NCBI GenBank assembly: GCA_002293145.1
Contig: DBCO01000010.1
Coordinates: 217,759 to 281,758 of the forward strand
Direction of reading: 5' to 3'
DNA length: 64,000 nucleotides
DNA from: Akkermansiaceae bacterium UBA956
Lineage (GTDB): Bacteria; Verrucomicrobiota; Verrucomicrobiia; Verrucomicrobiales; Akkermansiaceae
The notes beneath the pieces are model-generated. The model did not search any database, was not told where the DNA came from, and saw only the letters and a list, made by a program, of their open reading frames with translations. Made by a program: the position numbers and the translations under genes. Positions 8,767 through 18,804 of the stretch are shown in pieces. Position 1 is the first letter of the stretch, and each line of letters opens with the position of its first letter.

Positions 8767-11700
8767 TTGCTTTTTCCTCTATCCATTTCAACACAGATCC
8801 GCTACCCTGCTGGTGTGAGGATTTTGGATTCGAATGTGATGGTGCTTGCTTCGGCTGGTTCGGGGAAAACTTATCAGCTAGGCAATCGCATCATTGGCTT
8901 CATTGCCATGGGCATTGATCCTGCGACGATTGTGGCTCTCACCTTTACGCGTAAGGCGGCAGGGGAGTTTACCGATGCCGTACTTTCAAAAATCGCGGCT
9001 GCTGGTCTCGACGAGACCAAAGCAGATGCGATACGCGCGGATCTGGCGAAGAGTGGGCGCGCGCTGGGCGATGTCGATTTTATTGCAATCCTTGAGTCGT
9101 TTGTGCGTGCGTTGCCACACATGACCTTGGGCACCATGGATGGGTTTTTTACCAAAATAGTCAAAGCATTCCCTCACGAATTGGGCATTTCCTCGGGCAC
9201 CTTTCAATTGATCGAAGGGGCGCAGGCGGAGACCATGCAGCAACATTTACTGCAAAGTATTTTGCAAAACGAGCTGAGTACCGCAGAAGCACAATTGTTC
9301 TTCGAGGCCTTTCGCAAGTCCTTGATGGGGCGCGAAAGTTTCACGATTCAATCGCGATTGAGCGAATACGCGGCGCTGTGGCACAAGGAATGGCGCAGCG
9401 GTGCAGATGCGCTTGCTTGGGGGCCTGATGCACTCGCGGGAGGAGGATCGGTATCGGAGTGGAATCAGCAACGCCCGTTGTTTTACGAAAAGTTGTTAGG
9501 CATAGCTGATTTGATTATTTTTACTCACGGCAGTCAGAAAAAATCGTGGACTACGCTCTGCGAAAATCTGGGTAATCACAGTACGGGCAGTGGTGTGATC
9601 GGTAAGGGTGGAACGCTATTAGGAAAAGTCGTCGATTCGTTAGAGCAAGGCGCCAAGGATTCGATGACGGTGAAGCTCTACAAAGATTTCACCATTCCCT
9701 TCGAAGTGGTGCAGCTGCTTTCGGACTGCCTGCTTTGTGCTGCTAAAGCGGAAATGGCCAATGCTTGTGAGAGCACGCAAGCGGTGCGTGATGTGATCGC
9801 TCTTTACGACGATGTCTGCCAACGACGACTGCGGCAAAAGGGTCTCTTTCGCTTTGATGATGTCAAGGTGTTGATGGGATCATGGTCGCAGCAAGAAGAT
9901 CAGCGTCTCATGCGCGAGGCTTTGGATTTCCGCCTGCATTCGCAATACGGCCACTGGTTGCTCGATGAATTCCAAGACACCAGTCGCACCGATTGGGCGG
10001 GTCTTTTTCCCCTCATCGACGAGGCCGCAACTGACGACGAGGGTAGCTTGTTCATTGTCGGTGATAAAAAACAAGCGATCTATGGCTGGCGCGGTGGCGA
10101 TGTTCGTTTGTTCGATGAAATCCGCGACCGTTACCAAGATCGGTTCGCTATTGAGGAGATGCCTGAGTCTTATCGCTCCGCCTCGGAAGTGTTAGATTTG
10201 GTCAATCGCATCTGTGGCAACCAAAGCACTCTCGCACAGATGTATCCCGCGGCCGCGGCGCGCTGGGAATGGCAAGAGCATACTTCTGCGCGAGTGGATT
10301 TGCGTGGTCATGCTCGCGTTGAGACGGTCGATTGTGAGGAGGATGCCGATGCGCGCCTTGCTCGCATGGCAAGCATCATGCACGAGATCGGCATCGGCAC
10401 CAAAGCGTTGAGTTGTGGTGTACTGGTTCGCACCAATCAGGAAATGTTAGATGTTGCCGATTACTTGCGCGAGGAAGGATTTCACGTGATCGAAGACGGC
10501 ATTCGCAAGCCCGCTCAAGATAATCCGTTAGGTGTAGTCCTACATCAACTGCTACGTTGGCTCGCTGATCCCGCCGATTCTTTTGCCTCAGAAACTCTTG
10601 CGATGTCACCGCTGTGGCCGCAACTGATCGCTGCGAATGCTGATGACCCGTGGTCACACGCGCATCGCGTCGCTCACGAAGTTGGCTTCGCAGGTCTAGC
10701 AGAATTTTTGCTGAACTTCCATTGGGATCAACTTTCCGCCTTTGGCAAAAACCGAGCGCTTGATCTGATGCAAGCACTCCGCTGCATCGATCAAAGCCCT
10801 GGAGCTTCTGCAAAGAGTGCCGCCGAGTGTTTGGAAAAACTCACCGTGAGTCAAAGCCCGGGCTCAGCACACATCCAAGTGATGACCATTCACAAAGCAA
10901 AAGGCCTCGGATTCGATGTGGTGTTCTTGCCTCTGGTATCCCGATCAAACATTCCCGATGCCGGAAATTTTGACATCGCCCGCAGCGAGCACTGGATTAG
11001 CAAAACTCCGCCTCAATGGGTAAGGCAACTACTTCCGCCGCTGCGGCGTGCCGAGCAAGAGTGGACCGATCAGCAACAATACGAGGCTATGTGCTTGCTC
11101 TACGTCGCCCTCACCCGCGCCAAATCAGGACTTTATGTGTTGCTTGATCGCAAGCCCTTCAAAGATGAAAACAATTCCTTTAGCGCATGGATCATCGACT
11201 CCTGTCCAGCGGATGGCGAAGTGATTTTCGAATCTGGCAGCATGGAATGCTACGCCGCAGTTCCTGCCAATGAAGCGCCTGTCATCACCGCGCGGCCATC
11301 ACTCGGCCCGGCAATTCCTCGGCGGCTTACCGCCACGGCAAGCCACCGTGCTGCTGCATCGAGCAGTTCGCAACAAGCTCTCGACTACGGCATCGCAATC
11401 CATGCTTTATTTGAAAAAATTTCTTGGCTGGATGACGAATGTGTACCCGATATTTCGAGCTATCCGCATCCGCTGCAAAAAGCTCTGCAACAAGCAGAAG
11501 TCGCCGCGCTGCTCAGAAAAAACAACCGCTGCATCGAACTCATGCGCGAGGTTCCGATTGAAGGACGGGTTGCAGGTCAATGGCTACGCGGCGTAATTGA
11601 TCGCCTGCATCTGCATCGTGATGCCGACAATAAAATCATGCGCATCGACATCATTGACTACAAAACGGATCAAGATGACGCGCCTGAAACGCTGCGCATG

Positions 11701-11826
11701 CGGCATGCCAACCAGCTAAACGCTTACCGCACACTCTGCGCCAAAGCCTTTAACATTTCGCATGGCGCCATCCACTGTCATCTCATTGCCACCCATCGCG
11801 GTGTAGTGATCGAGATATCGGATTAA
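8767..11826 (+). CDS. UvrD/Rep-family helicase fused to a C-terminal PD-(D/E)XK (RecB-type) nuclease, AddA-like
   Basis: SF1 helicase motifs: I ASAGSGKTYQL, Ia LTFTRKAAGEF, II LLDEFQDTS, III FIVGDKKQAIYGWRGG, V VMTIHKAKGLGFDVVFLP, VI LLYVALTRAKSGLYVL. C-terminal nuclease motif GVIDRLHL...MRIDIIDYKTD...QLNAYR. TTG start at 8767 is uncertain; in-frame alternatives are GTG 8815 and ATG 8839. Confidence 0.85.
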   Translation: MLFPLSISTQIRYPAGVRILDSNVMVLASAGSGKTYQLGNRIIGFIAMGIDPATIVALTFTRKAAGEFTDAVLSKIAAAGLDETKADAIRADLAKSGRALGDVDFIAILESFVRALPHMTLGTMDGFFTKIVKAFPHELGISSGTFQLIEGAQAETMQQHLLQSILQNELSTAEAQLFFEAFRKSLMGRESFTIQSRLSEYAALWHKEWRSGADALAWGPDALAGGGSVSEWNQQRPLFYEKLLGIADLIIFTHGSQKKSWTTLCENLGNHSTGSGVIGKGGTLLGKVVDSLEQGAKDSMTVKLYKDFTIPFEVVQLLSDCLLCAAKAEMANACESTQAVRDVIALYDDVCQRRLRQKGLFRFDDVKVLMGSWSQQEDQRLMREALDFRLHSQYGHWLLDEFQDTSRTDWAGLFPLIDEAATDDEGSLFIVGDKKQAIYGWRGGDVRLFDEIRDRYQDRFAIEEMPESYRSASEVLDLVNRICGNQSTLAQMYPAAAARWEWQEHTSARVDLRGHARVETVDCEEDADARLARMASIMHEIGIGTKALSCGVLVRTNQEMLDVADYLREEGFHVIEDGIRKPAQDNPLGVVLHQLLRWLADPADSFASETLAMSPLWPQLIAANADDPWSHAHRVAHEVGFAGLAEFLLNFHWDQLSAFGKNRALDLMQALRCIDQSPGASAKSAAECLEKLTVSQSPGSAHIQVMTIHKAKGLGFDVVFLPLVSRSNIPDAGNFDIARSEHWISKTPPQWVRQLLPPLRRAEQEWTDQQQYEAMCLLYVALTRAKSGLYVLLDRKPFKDENNSFSAWIIDSCPADGEVIFESGSMECYAAVPANEAPVITARPSLGPAIPRRLTATASHRAAASSSSQQALDYGIAIHALFEKISWLDDECVPDISSYPHPLQKALQQAEVAALLRKNNRCIELMREVPIEGRVAGQWLRGVIDRLHLHRDADNKIMRIDIIDYKTDQDDAPETLRMRHANQLNAYRTLCAKAFNISHGAIHCHLIATHRGVVIEISD

Positions 11827-11839
11827 ATCAACCACCTTA

Positions 11840-14125
11840 TCACACGGCATCGGCTGAAGAAAAGTCTTCGGCCCGAGTACGGTAGCTTTCTACTGCGCGA
11901 CTCCAAGCAGAATGCATCTGCTCGAAGGGTAGCGACCACACGTTTCGATGCATCTGCAACATTCCTTGTGCGCTATACATTACCTCTGCCATTTCATTTT
12001 TTTGCAGAGAATCAGGTCCAGTGACTAGCCATTTCTCTAACAGCTCAGTGGGGATTTCATCGTTGTCGGGATCTAACAACGAAACGTGGACTCCGTTGAC
12101 ATAGGGGTCTACCACAGCTGCGATCGAGCCTTCACGATGGAGTGCATGGGCGGTCAAAGCGAGATCCACTGCGGCACTGGAACCATCGGCTAAGCGAATC
12201 ACTTCTGGTGTTAGAGTTTCTTCTGGTGTCGACAATATGCGCTGGCGTTGTAGGACCCTACCGTAGCGCGTGCGACTAGTCCACACCGAGACGTGTGCCG
12301 CAAAAACCAAACCTACCAAGATGGGCGACATCCACAGGAAAAACGATTTGCTAATGTACCATGCGAGCGCTGACCAAGCGATGCCTATTACAATTGCAGG
12401 ACCATGATAACGAATCGCTTCACTCCAAGTGGTGCCGTCCGTCTCACGCGTCTGGCTGCCCCAGTTCACCGATCGACCGCATACCATGCTGAGCACCATC
12501 ATGGTATGTGACACCATGATCGAAGGTGCTAATAATGCAGACAATAGTGCTTCTAATAGCACTCCGATCGTGAGCGAAAATACCGTGCCAAAGCCGCGGC
12601 GCACTCGTGGCTGAAACAACATGCCGATGAATGCCAGTAACTTAGGAGCAAACAGCATAATCAGCACAAAGCCCGCGAGATACCAGGCTTGCTCCGCGCC
12701 ATTCAACCCGAGATATTTTCCAACAAATCCATCATAGGGCAATTGGCTCAAATCACTGGTGCGAAAATCCCAAGCCACCCATGTGCTAATCAACAAAAAC
12801 AAAAACCATACTGGGCTGCCAAGGTAGGCCATGATACCCATGAAAAGATGCGCCCTGCTGGGGAAGGGGAATCTCTGAGCGAACACTAGCCACATGTGCT
12901 GCAAATTCCCCTGGCACCAGCGGCGGTCGCGTTTCAAGTGATCGATCAATGTTGGTGGCGCTTCTTCGTAGGTGCCCTCAATGTCCCATGCCAGCCAAAC
13001 TTCCCAACCAGCTTTCACCATCAAGGCGGCTTCGACGAAATCGTGACTGAGGATTTTCCCGCCGAAGGGCTCTTTCCCTGGCAAGGCGGGCAGTTCACAG
13101 AACTCCGAAAAAGGCTTCACGCGAATCAACGCATTGTGCCCCCAATAGCTGCCTTGCCCGAGTTGCCAGAAGTTCAATCCGCGAATGAAAAGTGGCCCAT
13201 AGAGCCGCATCGAAAACTGCTGCAAGCGAGTGAACACAGAGCTTCCACGGATCAACTTTGGCGGAGTTTGCAAAATTCCCAAGCGCGGATTCACATCCAT
13301 CACGCGGCACATCGCTACAATATCGCGGCCTTCCATCAAGCTATCAGCATCCAGCACGAGCATGCCCTCGTAGCGTCCGCCCCATGTCTTGACAAAGTCA
13401 CCGATGTTTCCCGCCTTGCGGTTCTCATTGATGCGGCGGCGGCGATAAAAGATCCGTCCAAAGGCATTGAGCTTACGGCTCATGTTCGTCCATGCGACTT
13501 CTTCCTCAACCCACAGATTCAACTGAGTTGTATCACTGAGAATGAAAAAATCGAACGAGGCCAATCGTCCCGTCGCCTCGATGGAGCGATAGATCGCCTC
13601 CACTCGTGCGCATACTTTCACGATGTCTTCGTTGTATACTGGCATCACCACTGCGTAGCGATGCGCAAGTGCTGTGTCACCACCACGGGTGTATTGCGTG
13701 ATTTTCACCGATCGCCACGAGAACAACCAATCCCAGACTCCTGCGAGCGCATGGAATGAACCTAACACCAGCAAGCTATTCAGCAGCGCAAAAATCCCTA
13801 ACAAAAGTATGTGCGATTTGTGAAAACCCTGGCGATTGAAAAGGTCTGCCATCCACAGCACCGCAAGCAAATTCACCAATAGCACACTGCCGAAAAAAAA
13901 CATCCGGCGCAGCTTCGCACGCAAGGGGCTGATCAAGGTCGGTGCGCACACAGGCGGAGAAATTTGCGGTAAATCCTGTAAGTTCTTCGCCGCCATTAGC
14001 GGAATTTTTTCGTCTGCTACCGGCGAGTCAGTTGTGGCTGAAGCTCCCGCTACCACATGAGCGAAATTTGCTTCCTCCAGACGGTCATTTTCATTTTCGT
14101 AATCGTTTTCTAACATGTCAGCCAC
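11840..14125 (-). CDS. opgH: glucans biosynthesis glucosyltransferase H (OPG synthase, GT2)
   Basis: VVMPVYNEDI, FFILSDTT, NRKAGNIGDF, LVLDADSLM, LQTPP, SHDFVEAALM and RRDRRWCQGNLQH, plus multiple TM segments. This is the typical MdoH/OpgH layout. Confidence 0.92.
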   Translation of the reverse strand: MADMLENDYENENDRLEEANFAHVVAGASATTDSPVADEKIPLMAAKNLQDLPQISPPVCAPTLISPLRAKLRRMFFFGSVLLVNLLAVLWMADLFNRQGFHKSHILLLGIFALLNSLLVLGSFHALAGVWDWLFSWRSVKITQYTRGGDTALAHRYAVVMPVYNEDIVKVCARVEAIYRSIEATGRLASFDFFILSDTTQLNLWVEEEVAWTNMSRKLNAFGRIFYRRRRINENRKAGNIGDFVKTWGGRYEGMLVLDADSLMEGRDIVAMCRVMDVNPRLGILQTPPKLIRGSSVFTRLQQFSMRLYGPLFIRGLNFWQLGQGSYWGHNALIRVKPFSEFCELPALPGKEPFGGKILSHDFVEAALMVKAGWEVWLAWDIEGTYEEAPPTLIDHLKRDRRWCQGNLQHMWLVFAQRFPFPSRAHLFMGIMAYLGSPVWFLFLLISTWVAWDFRTSDLSQLPYDGFVGKYLGLNGAEQAWYLAGFVLIMLFAPKLLAFIGMLFQPRVRRGFGTVFSLTIGVLLEALLSALLAPSIMVSHTMMVLSMVCGRSVNWGSQTRETDGTTWSEAIRYHGPAIVIGIAWSALAWYISKSFFLWMSPILVGLVFAAHVSVWTSRTRYGRVLQRQRILSTPEETLTPEVIRLADGSSAAVDLALTAHALHREGSIAAVVDPYVNGVHVSLLDPDNDEIPTELLEKWLVTGPDSLQKNEMAEVMYSAQGMLQMHRNVWSLPFEQMHSAWSRAVESYRTRAEDFSSADAV

Positions 14126-14135
14126 CCTGCTATTT

Positions 14136-14705
14136 TTATCCCTTCCACATTAACCAGACCATGGTCGCAATAGTTGCTAGAATTCCTGTGTAATACAATT
14201 TTTTCATCAATGGCCGTCGCTCCATCATTCCAAACCACTGCGCCGCTCCGCTGCCAAGAGCATTCAATTCCAAAGGTTGCGGCGTCATCGTCAGCGCTGC
14301 GAACTGTGGTCCTGCTGCGAGGTAGGATGAACGCATTTTTTGCACGAACGGTTCAGGCCAAGGAGATTGCGTCAAAAATACTGGCTGCCACTTGCCGGGC
14401 ATGTCCGCCAGCAAAAGTGCCAATCGTCCCCGCGCCGCGAGTCGATTGTTTTGCAGCTCCACATTAAGTACGTTTGAGGTCCAGTCGGCTACAGCCTTCA
14501 GCGTTTCCTCCATGGCCAGCACGCGCGGCGCCTTTTGCGGCTCATGCGCTTGGCGGTCGGAGGCGCGAAACAAAATCGCCCGCACCATGTCCGCCACTAG
14601 CAGACGATTCCGCAATTGTAGAGCGCGCAAATAGCACTCCACAGAAATGTATGCTTCCTCCCATTCCGCGAGCTCCATTTCGCTCAGCGGACGCAAGCTG
14701 GTCAT
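14136..14705 (-). CDS. hypothetical tail-anchored protein encoded between opgG and opgH
   Basis: 189 aa from the ATG at 14705 (MTSLRPLSEMELAEWEEAY...). That ATG overlaps the opgG stop (ATGA at 14702-14705). The stop lies 10 nt before the opgH start. There is a single C-terminal TM (YYTGILATIATMVWLMW). No family recognised. Confidence 0.6.
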   Translation of the reverse strand: MTSLRPLSEMELAEWEEAYISVECYLRALQLRNRLLVADMVRAILFRASDRQAHEPQKAPRVLAMEETLKAVADWTSNVLNVELQNNRLAARGRLALLLADMPGKWQPVFLTQSPWPEPFVQKMRSSYLAAGPQFAALTMTPQPLELNALGSGAAQWFGMMERRPLMKKLYYTGILATIATMVWLMWKG

Positions 14706-16264
14706 GGCTGAATTCGATATACCCATGTTTCTGTTAGGTGATCTTCTCCTTTTTTCAAGCTGCAACGCATTTCCGCAGGCCCCACTTCAGAGAGTTTGCC
14801 GCCTTCTTTATTTGGTGAAAGTAGGATTCCGACTCGCCAGCGATCACCCTCCATCTTCTGTACGTTGGCAAATTTCACTTTCATCTTCTCGCCTGCCTCG
14901 CCGCAAATTTCAATCTGCGGCGTCAATTCTGCAGCATTTTTTACCTCATTCAATTGGCCACCCGCAAACTCGACGATCACCGTGCGCTGATCCGGTTCCC
15001 ACTCATGCACGCCCGTGCGCGTCGCCACCACATGGCCGCCCGCATTCGCAAGGTCACCACGCAAGGTCCAGTGCTGCTTGTAGGAAAATTCATAACGCTG
15101 ACCCGGCTGCGGCGTTTCATCTGGCACCCACGTCGCCACGATGTTGTCATCCAGCTCGCGCACTGTAGGAATCTCCATCAACATCACCTTGCCCTTGCCC
15201 CAATCATTCGTCGGCTCGATCCATGCCGAGGGACGCAAATGATAAGCAGCTTCGCCATCTTCATAGGCTGAAAATCGACGATCCCGCTGCGCTAGCCCAA
15301 ATCCCTTCACGTGATCACCCGCAAAAAAACTAAAGTCCAGCCGACCCGTATCATTGGTGATCGGTCGCCACATTTTTTCACCCGATGCCATGTGAATCAC
15401 CAAACCATCAGAGTCATGCACCTCAGGGCGGAAGTCATCGAATCGACGCTTCGAGTTCTCGCCAAACCAATACATGCTTGAGAGTGGAGCCACGCCAAAA
15501 CGTTTCACTGCCTTGCGCGGGAAAAGCACCGCCTTCACTGAGAGCACCGTATCATCACCCGGCACCATCGAGAGCTCATACGCTCCTGCCACCGAGGGAC
15601 TATCGAGTAAAGCAAACAAACGCACCTGCTTTGATCCCTCCTGTGGCTTACCTAACCAAAATTCGGAAAAACGTGGAAACTCCTCCGGTCCGCCATTGAC
15701 ACCCGTATCGATCGCCAAACCACGGGCCGAGAGACCATATCTCGTTTCTCTCCCCAGCGCGCGCCAATAACTCGCCCCTTGAAAAACGGCGAACTCATCG
15801 ATGGGACCCTTGCCGGCAAAATCTGTTAGAAACTTAAATCCTGCCCAGCCTGCTTCCCCGCGCATTTCCGTATGATCACCTACCAGATCGCCATACTCGA
15901 AGTAATCCTGCGAAAAACGTATTTCTTGCTGATGCGTAGCTGTGAACTCGTGTAACAGCACCGGCTCGCGAAACAAATATCCTGGATGAAAAAACTGCGT
16001 GCTAAAGGGCAACTTGTCCGCTCCCCACAGCGAGCGCTCGGGCAGAAACCGGATGCAGCGGTATTGATCATAGCTCAATTCCTTCATCCAGACCGGCAAA
16101 GCATCTCTGTCCACGGCTTGGTAATCCTTCGCCGCCAAAGCATGCGCTTTTTTTTCGATGGAGGCAAAGGTTACTTCTCCACGCTCCCATGCACCCACGG
16201 ATAAAGGAAGCGCAAGGGGGAAGAGACAAACAACACTCGCAAGTGCAGAAGATGGATGCTTCAT
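14702..16264 (-). CDS. opgG: periplasmic glucans biosynthesis protein G
   Basis: MdoG-family features: YDQYRCIRFLPERSLW, FSTQFFHPGYLF, FQGASYWRALG and YGLSARGLAIDTG. Signal peptide begins at the ATG at 16264 (MKHPSSALASVVCLFPLALPLSVGA). The track over-extends to 16306. Confidence 0.9.
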   Translation of the reverse strand: MKHPSSALASVVCLFPLALPLSVGAWERGEVTFASIEKKAHALAAKDYQAVDRDALPVWMKELSYDQYRCIRFLPERSLWGADKLPFSTQFFHPGYLFREPVLLHEFTATHQQEIRFSQDYFEYGDLVGDHTEMRGEAGWAGFKFLTDFAGKGPIDEFAVFQGASYWRALGRETRYGLSARGLAIDTGVNGGPEEFPRFSEFWLGKPQEGSKQVRLFALLDSPSVAGAYELSMVPGDDTVLSVKAVLFPRKAVKRFGVAPLSSMYWFGENSKRRFDDFRPEVHDSDGLVIHMASGEKMWRPITNDTGRLDFSFFAGDHVKGFGLAQRDRRFSAYEDGEAAYHLRPSAWIEPTNDWGKGKVMLMEIPTVRELDDNIVATWVPDETPQPGQRYEFSYKQHWTLRGDLANAGGHVVATRTGVHEWEPDQRTVIVEFAGGQLNEVKNAAELTPQIEICGEAGEKMKVKFANVQKMEGDRWRVGILLSPNKEGGKLSEVGPAEMRCSLKKGEDHLTETWVYRIQP

Positions 16265-16351
16265 ATAGTTGAGAAAAAAATTGCCATGTATCGAGACTAA
16301 CGTCAAGACCTTGATTTGTCAGTGCCATGTGATCCGCTTCGCTCGCCCCAA

Positions 16352-16390
16352 CACAAGAAAAAATAAGCCGCTGCTTTTGTAGCAGCGGCT
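16352..16390 (-). terminator. intrinsic terminator downstream of glnB
   Basis: Perfect 10-bp stem AGCCGCTGCT / AGCAGCGGCT (16366-16375 / 16381-16390) with a 5-nt loop. On the minus strand it is followed by TTATTTTTTCTTGTG. Confidence 0.75.
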
Positions 16391-16423
16391 CATTACTTTA
16401 CAATACACTAACTCACACAAAAA

Positions 16424-16777
<354 letters not shown>

Positions 16778-16797
16778 TCAGGTTGTAAATAAGTTAT

Positions 16798-16813
16798 AGC
16801 ACACCGCGTGCCA
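16798..16813 (-). promoter_or_regulatory. candidate sigma-54 (-24/-12) promoter for glnB
   Basis: The minus strand reads TGGCACG-CGGT-GTGCT, against the consensus TGGCACG-N4-TTGCW. The GC of the -12 element lies 27 nt upstream of the glnB ATG. Confidence 0.45.
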
Positions 16814-17387
16814 AATGGCAAATTCTTGCAAAAATACGCTGAATGAGTCGTCCGCAGCCTCAATTTGATCGAAGATTCCCTTGATGGCATGATGAGAAAA
16901 TTCCAATGGACGAGACCGAGTTCAGACTCCGCCACTATTCAATCAGCCAGCAGGTCTTCTGGCAAGCCTTCATTGCGTCTGTCACACCATTTTAAGAATG
17001 CCGATTGCTGAATTGCGGCCTCAGACCAGCCTGGTGTGGCTGCTTCTGCAGTGGCTGCGAGGGGCTCTGGAGTCAGCCTCAGCCGATTCACCTGAGTGGA
17101 CTTTTTGGCCGATGAATCCTTCTTGGTTACCTGCTTTGGCTCGGTGCCTGGGCATGTGATGGAGACTTTATCGCCGCTTTGGTAGTTCTTGGGGCAACTT
17201 GTTTTTCGCGCCAGATGCCGTTGTGATTTTGCTAGTGTCAGCTGTTTTTGGGACTTGGCTTTTTCTTTGATGATTGCGTTGTTTGGTTCTCGATCAGGTT
17301 TTAGCAAATTCCGTATTAGCAGCCATTTTGCTCATTTTTTGCGGAACTGGTGATTGATCTTGCTTGATCCTCACGTATGATCCTGCC

Positions 17388-18710
17388 ATGGAAGCACATT
17401 TCGATTGGCAAAAAGCCTCTCCTCCGCAAGGGCGAGAGTCGTTTCTGCCGCCGCCTGACCGTGTCGGTTGGTGGCTCGTGGTGTCGCTGCTCACCGCTAT
17501 CATCCTGCACATCATCCTCTTCTTTGCCCTTGGCCATATCAAAATGGGTTTCGGCTGGACGAGTACGGAAGAAGTTTACACAGAGCCCGTGATCGTTCGC
17601 CCCGTTGAGGAAGAATTTCCGCTGCCGGAATCAGTCGTCGAACCAGATATCGAGCCTCCCAAGCCCCTGGCAGGCAAGCTCGTCGATGAACTCGATGTGC
17701 TGCCGATGATCGAAGATCCTGAGCTGGAAATGAGGCCTGACGTGAGCGAGGCTGCTTATGACATCGATATCAAGTTGGAGTCTCCCGCGCTTTCTGGTGA
17801 TCCTGCTGGAGATGTTGCAGATCTCGCCACCGCCGCCGAAATTTCCGCTGAGGATTTGGAGACGCTCGGCAAAACTGAGAGCTTCACGCCGACAGCGGCA
17901 GAAGGGCAAATGATCGTTGATCCAGGATCAGATCTCGCGAAAATCGACAATCTTGATAATTTCATGCGCGATCTGATTAAGAAAGGCAGCAACGGTATTG
18001 CCGACAATGGCAGGCTCGACGGCACATCCACACTCGATGAAATGGCAGGCCTTCCACTGAATGTCCTTGTCAACAGCAAAACTCTGTTGCCCGGTGATTT
18101 GCTATTTGAGTTCAACAACTCCAATTTACGCGATAGCTCTAAAGTGGGTATCCAAAAAATCGCTTACGTGATGGACATTAATCCCAACTTGCATTGCTGG
18201 ATCGATGGCCACACCGATCTCATCGGCGGCGATGCTCCCAACTACGAGCTTTCACTTCGCCGTGCTCAATCCGTGAAGTCCCATCTGGTGAATATGGGGC
18301 TTGATCCCAATAAAATCCACACCCGTGGCATCGGCAGAAATGAGCCCATCGTGCTTCAAGGTAATCAAGATGAGCAATCGATCAACCGCCGGGTCGAGAT
18401 CCGCATGCGTAAGTCACCGCCGCCACCTAGTCCAGCCTTCAAGCCCAGCTCATCCGCCATGGCTCCCCCGAAAGCGATGCCAGTATCAGACGAACCCAGT
18501 GCGGACCCCGCGCCTCGCAAGGCCATTCTCGTTAAGCCGCAGCGCGCTTTACCCGTGGAAGAAGAACTTCCACCAGTACCCGTAGCCCGTCCCGCGATGG
18601 AGGATCCGCCCGCACCGCGTGCGGGTGCCTTGCCGGAAGAAACGGACCCGCCCGCAGCCCGCATCGTCGAAGAAGTACCGCCTTTGCGTGCCGAAGCCGT
18701 AGAGGAATGA
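17388..18710 (+). CDS. OmpA-family peptidoglycan-binding protein with N-terminal TM anchor and Pro-rich C-terminal tail
   Basis: TM helix WWLVVSLLTAIILHIILFFAL. OmpA_C-like core IDGHTDLIGGDAPNYELSLRRAQSVKSHLVNMGL...RGIGRNEP...NRRVEIRM. A ~90-aa Pro/Ala-rich tail follows. ATG at 17388 is preferred to the TTG at 17364. Confidence 0.8.
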   Translation: MEAHFDWQKASPPQGRESFLPPPDRVGWWLVVSLLTAIILHIILFFALGHIKMGFGWTSTEEVYTEPVIVRPVEEEFPLPESVVEPDIEPPKPLAGKLVDELDVLPMIEDPELEMRPDVSEAAYDIDIKLESPALSGDPAGDVADLATAAEISAEDLETLGKTESFTPTAAEGQMIVDPGSDLAKIDNLDNFMRDLIKKGSNGIADNGRLDGTSTLDEMAGLPLNVLVNSKTLLPGDLLFEFNNSNLRDSSKVGIQKIAYVMDINPNLHCWIDGHTDLIGGDAPNYELSLRRAQSVKSHLVNMGLDPNKIHTRGIGRNEPIVLQGNQDEQSINRRVEIRMRKSPPPPSPAFKPSSSAMAPPKAMPVSDEPSADPAPRKAILVKPQRALPVEEELPPVPVARPAMEDPPAPRAGALPEETDPPAARIVEEVPPLRAEAVEE

Positions 18711-18804
18711 AAAAACGTCATTTCTCGTTGACATGATCGCTGCAGTTTTGTAGTATGGCTTCGTTCTCGAAGGAGAAATAACACACAAAGCAAAATACAT
18801 TACC

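Noticed and set aside
12896-13759. 287-aa ORF on the plus strand
   Set aside because: Antisense to opgH (clear GT2/MdoH motifs). This is a shadow ORF.
16939-17307. 122-aa basic ORF on the minus strand between glnB and the OmpA-like gene
   Set aside because: It has no motifs, signal or family resemblance. It could be real, but I cannot support it. The adjacent 82-aa ORF (17294-17542) overlaps the OmpA-like gene in antisense, so a frameshifted larger gene is unlikely.
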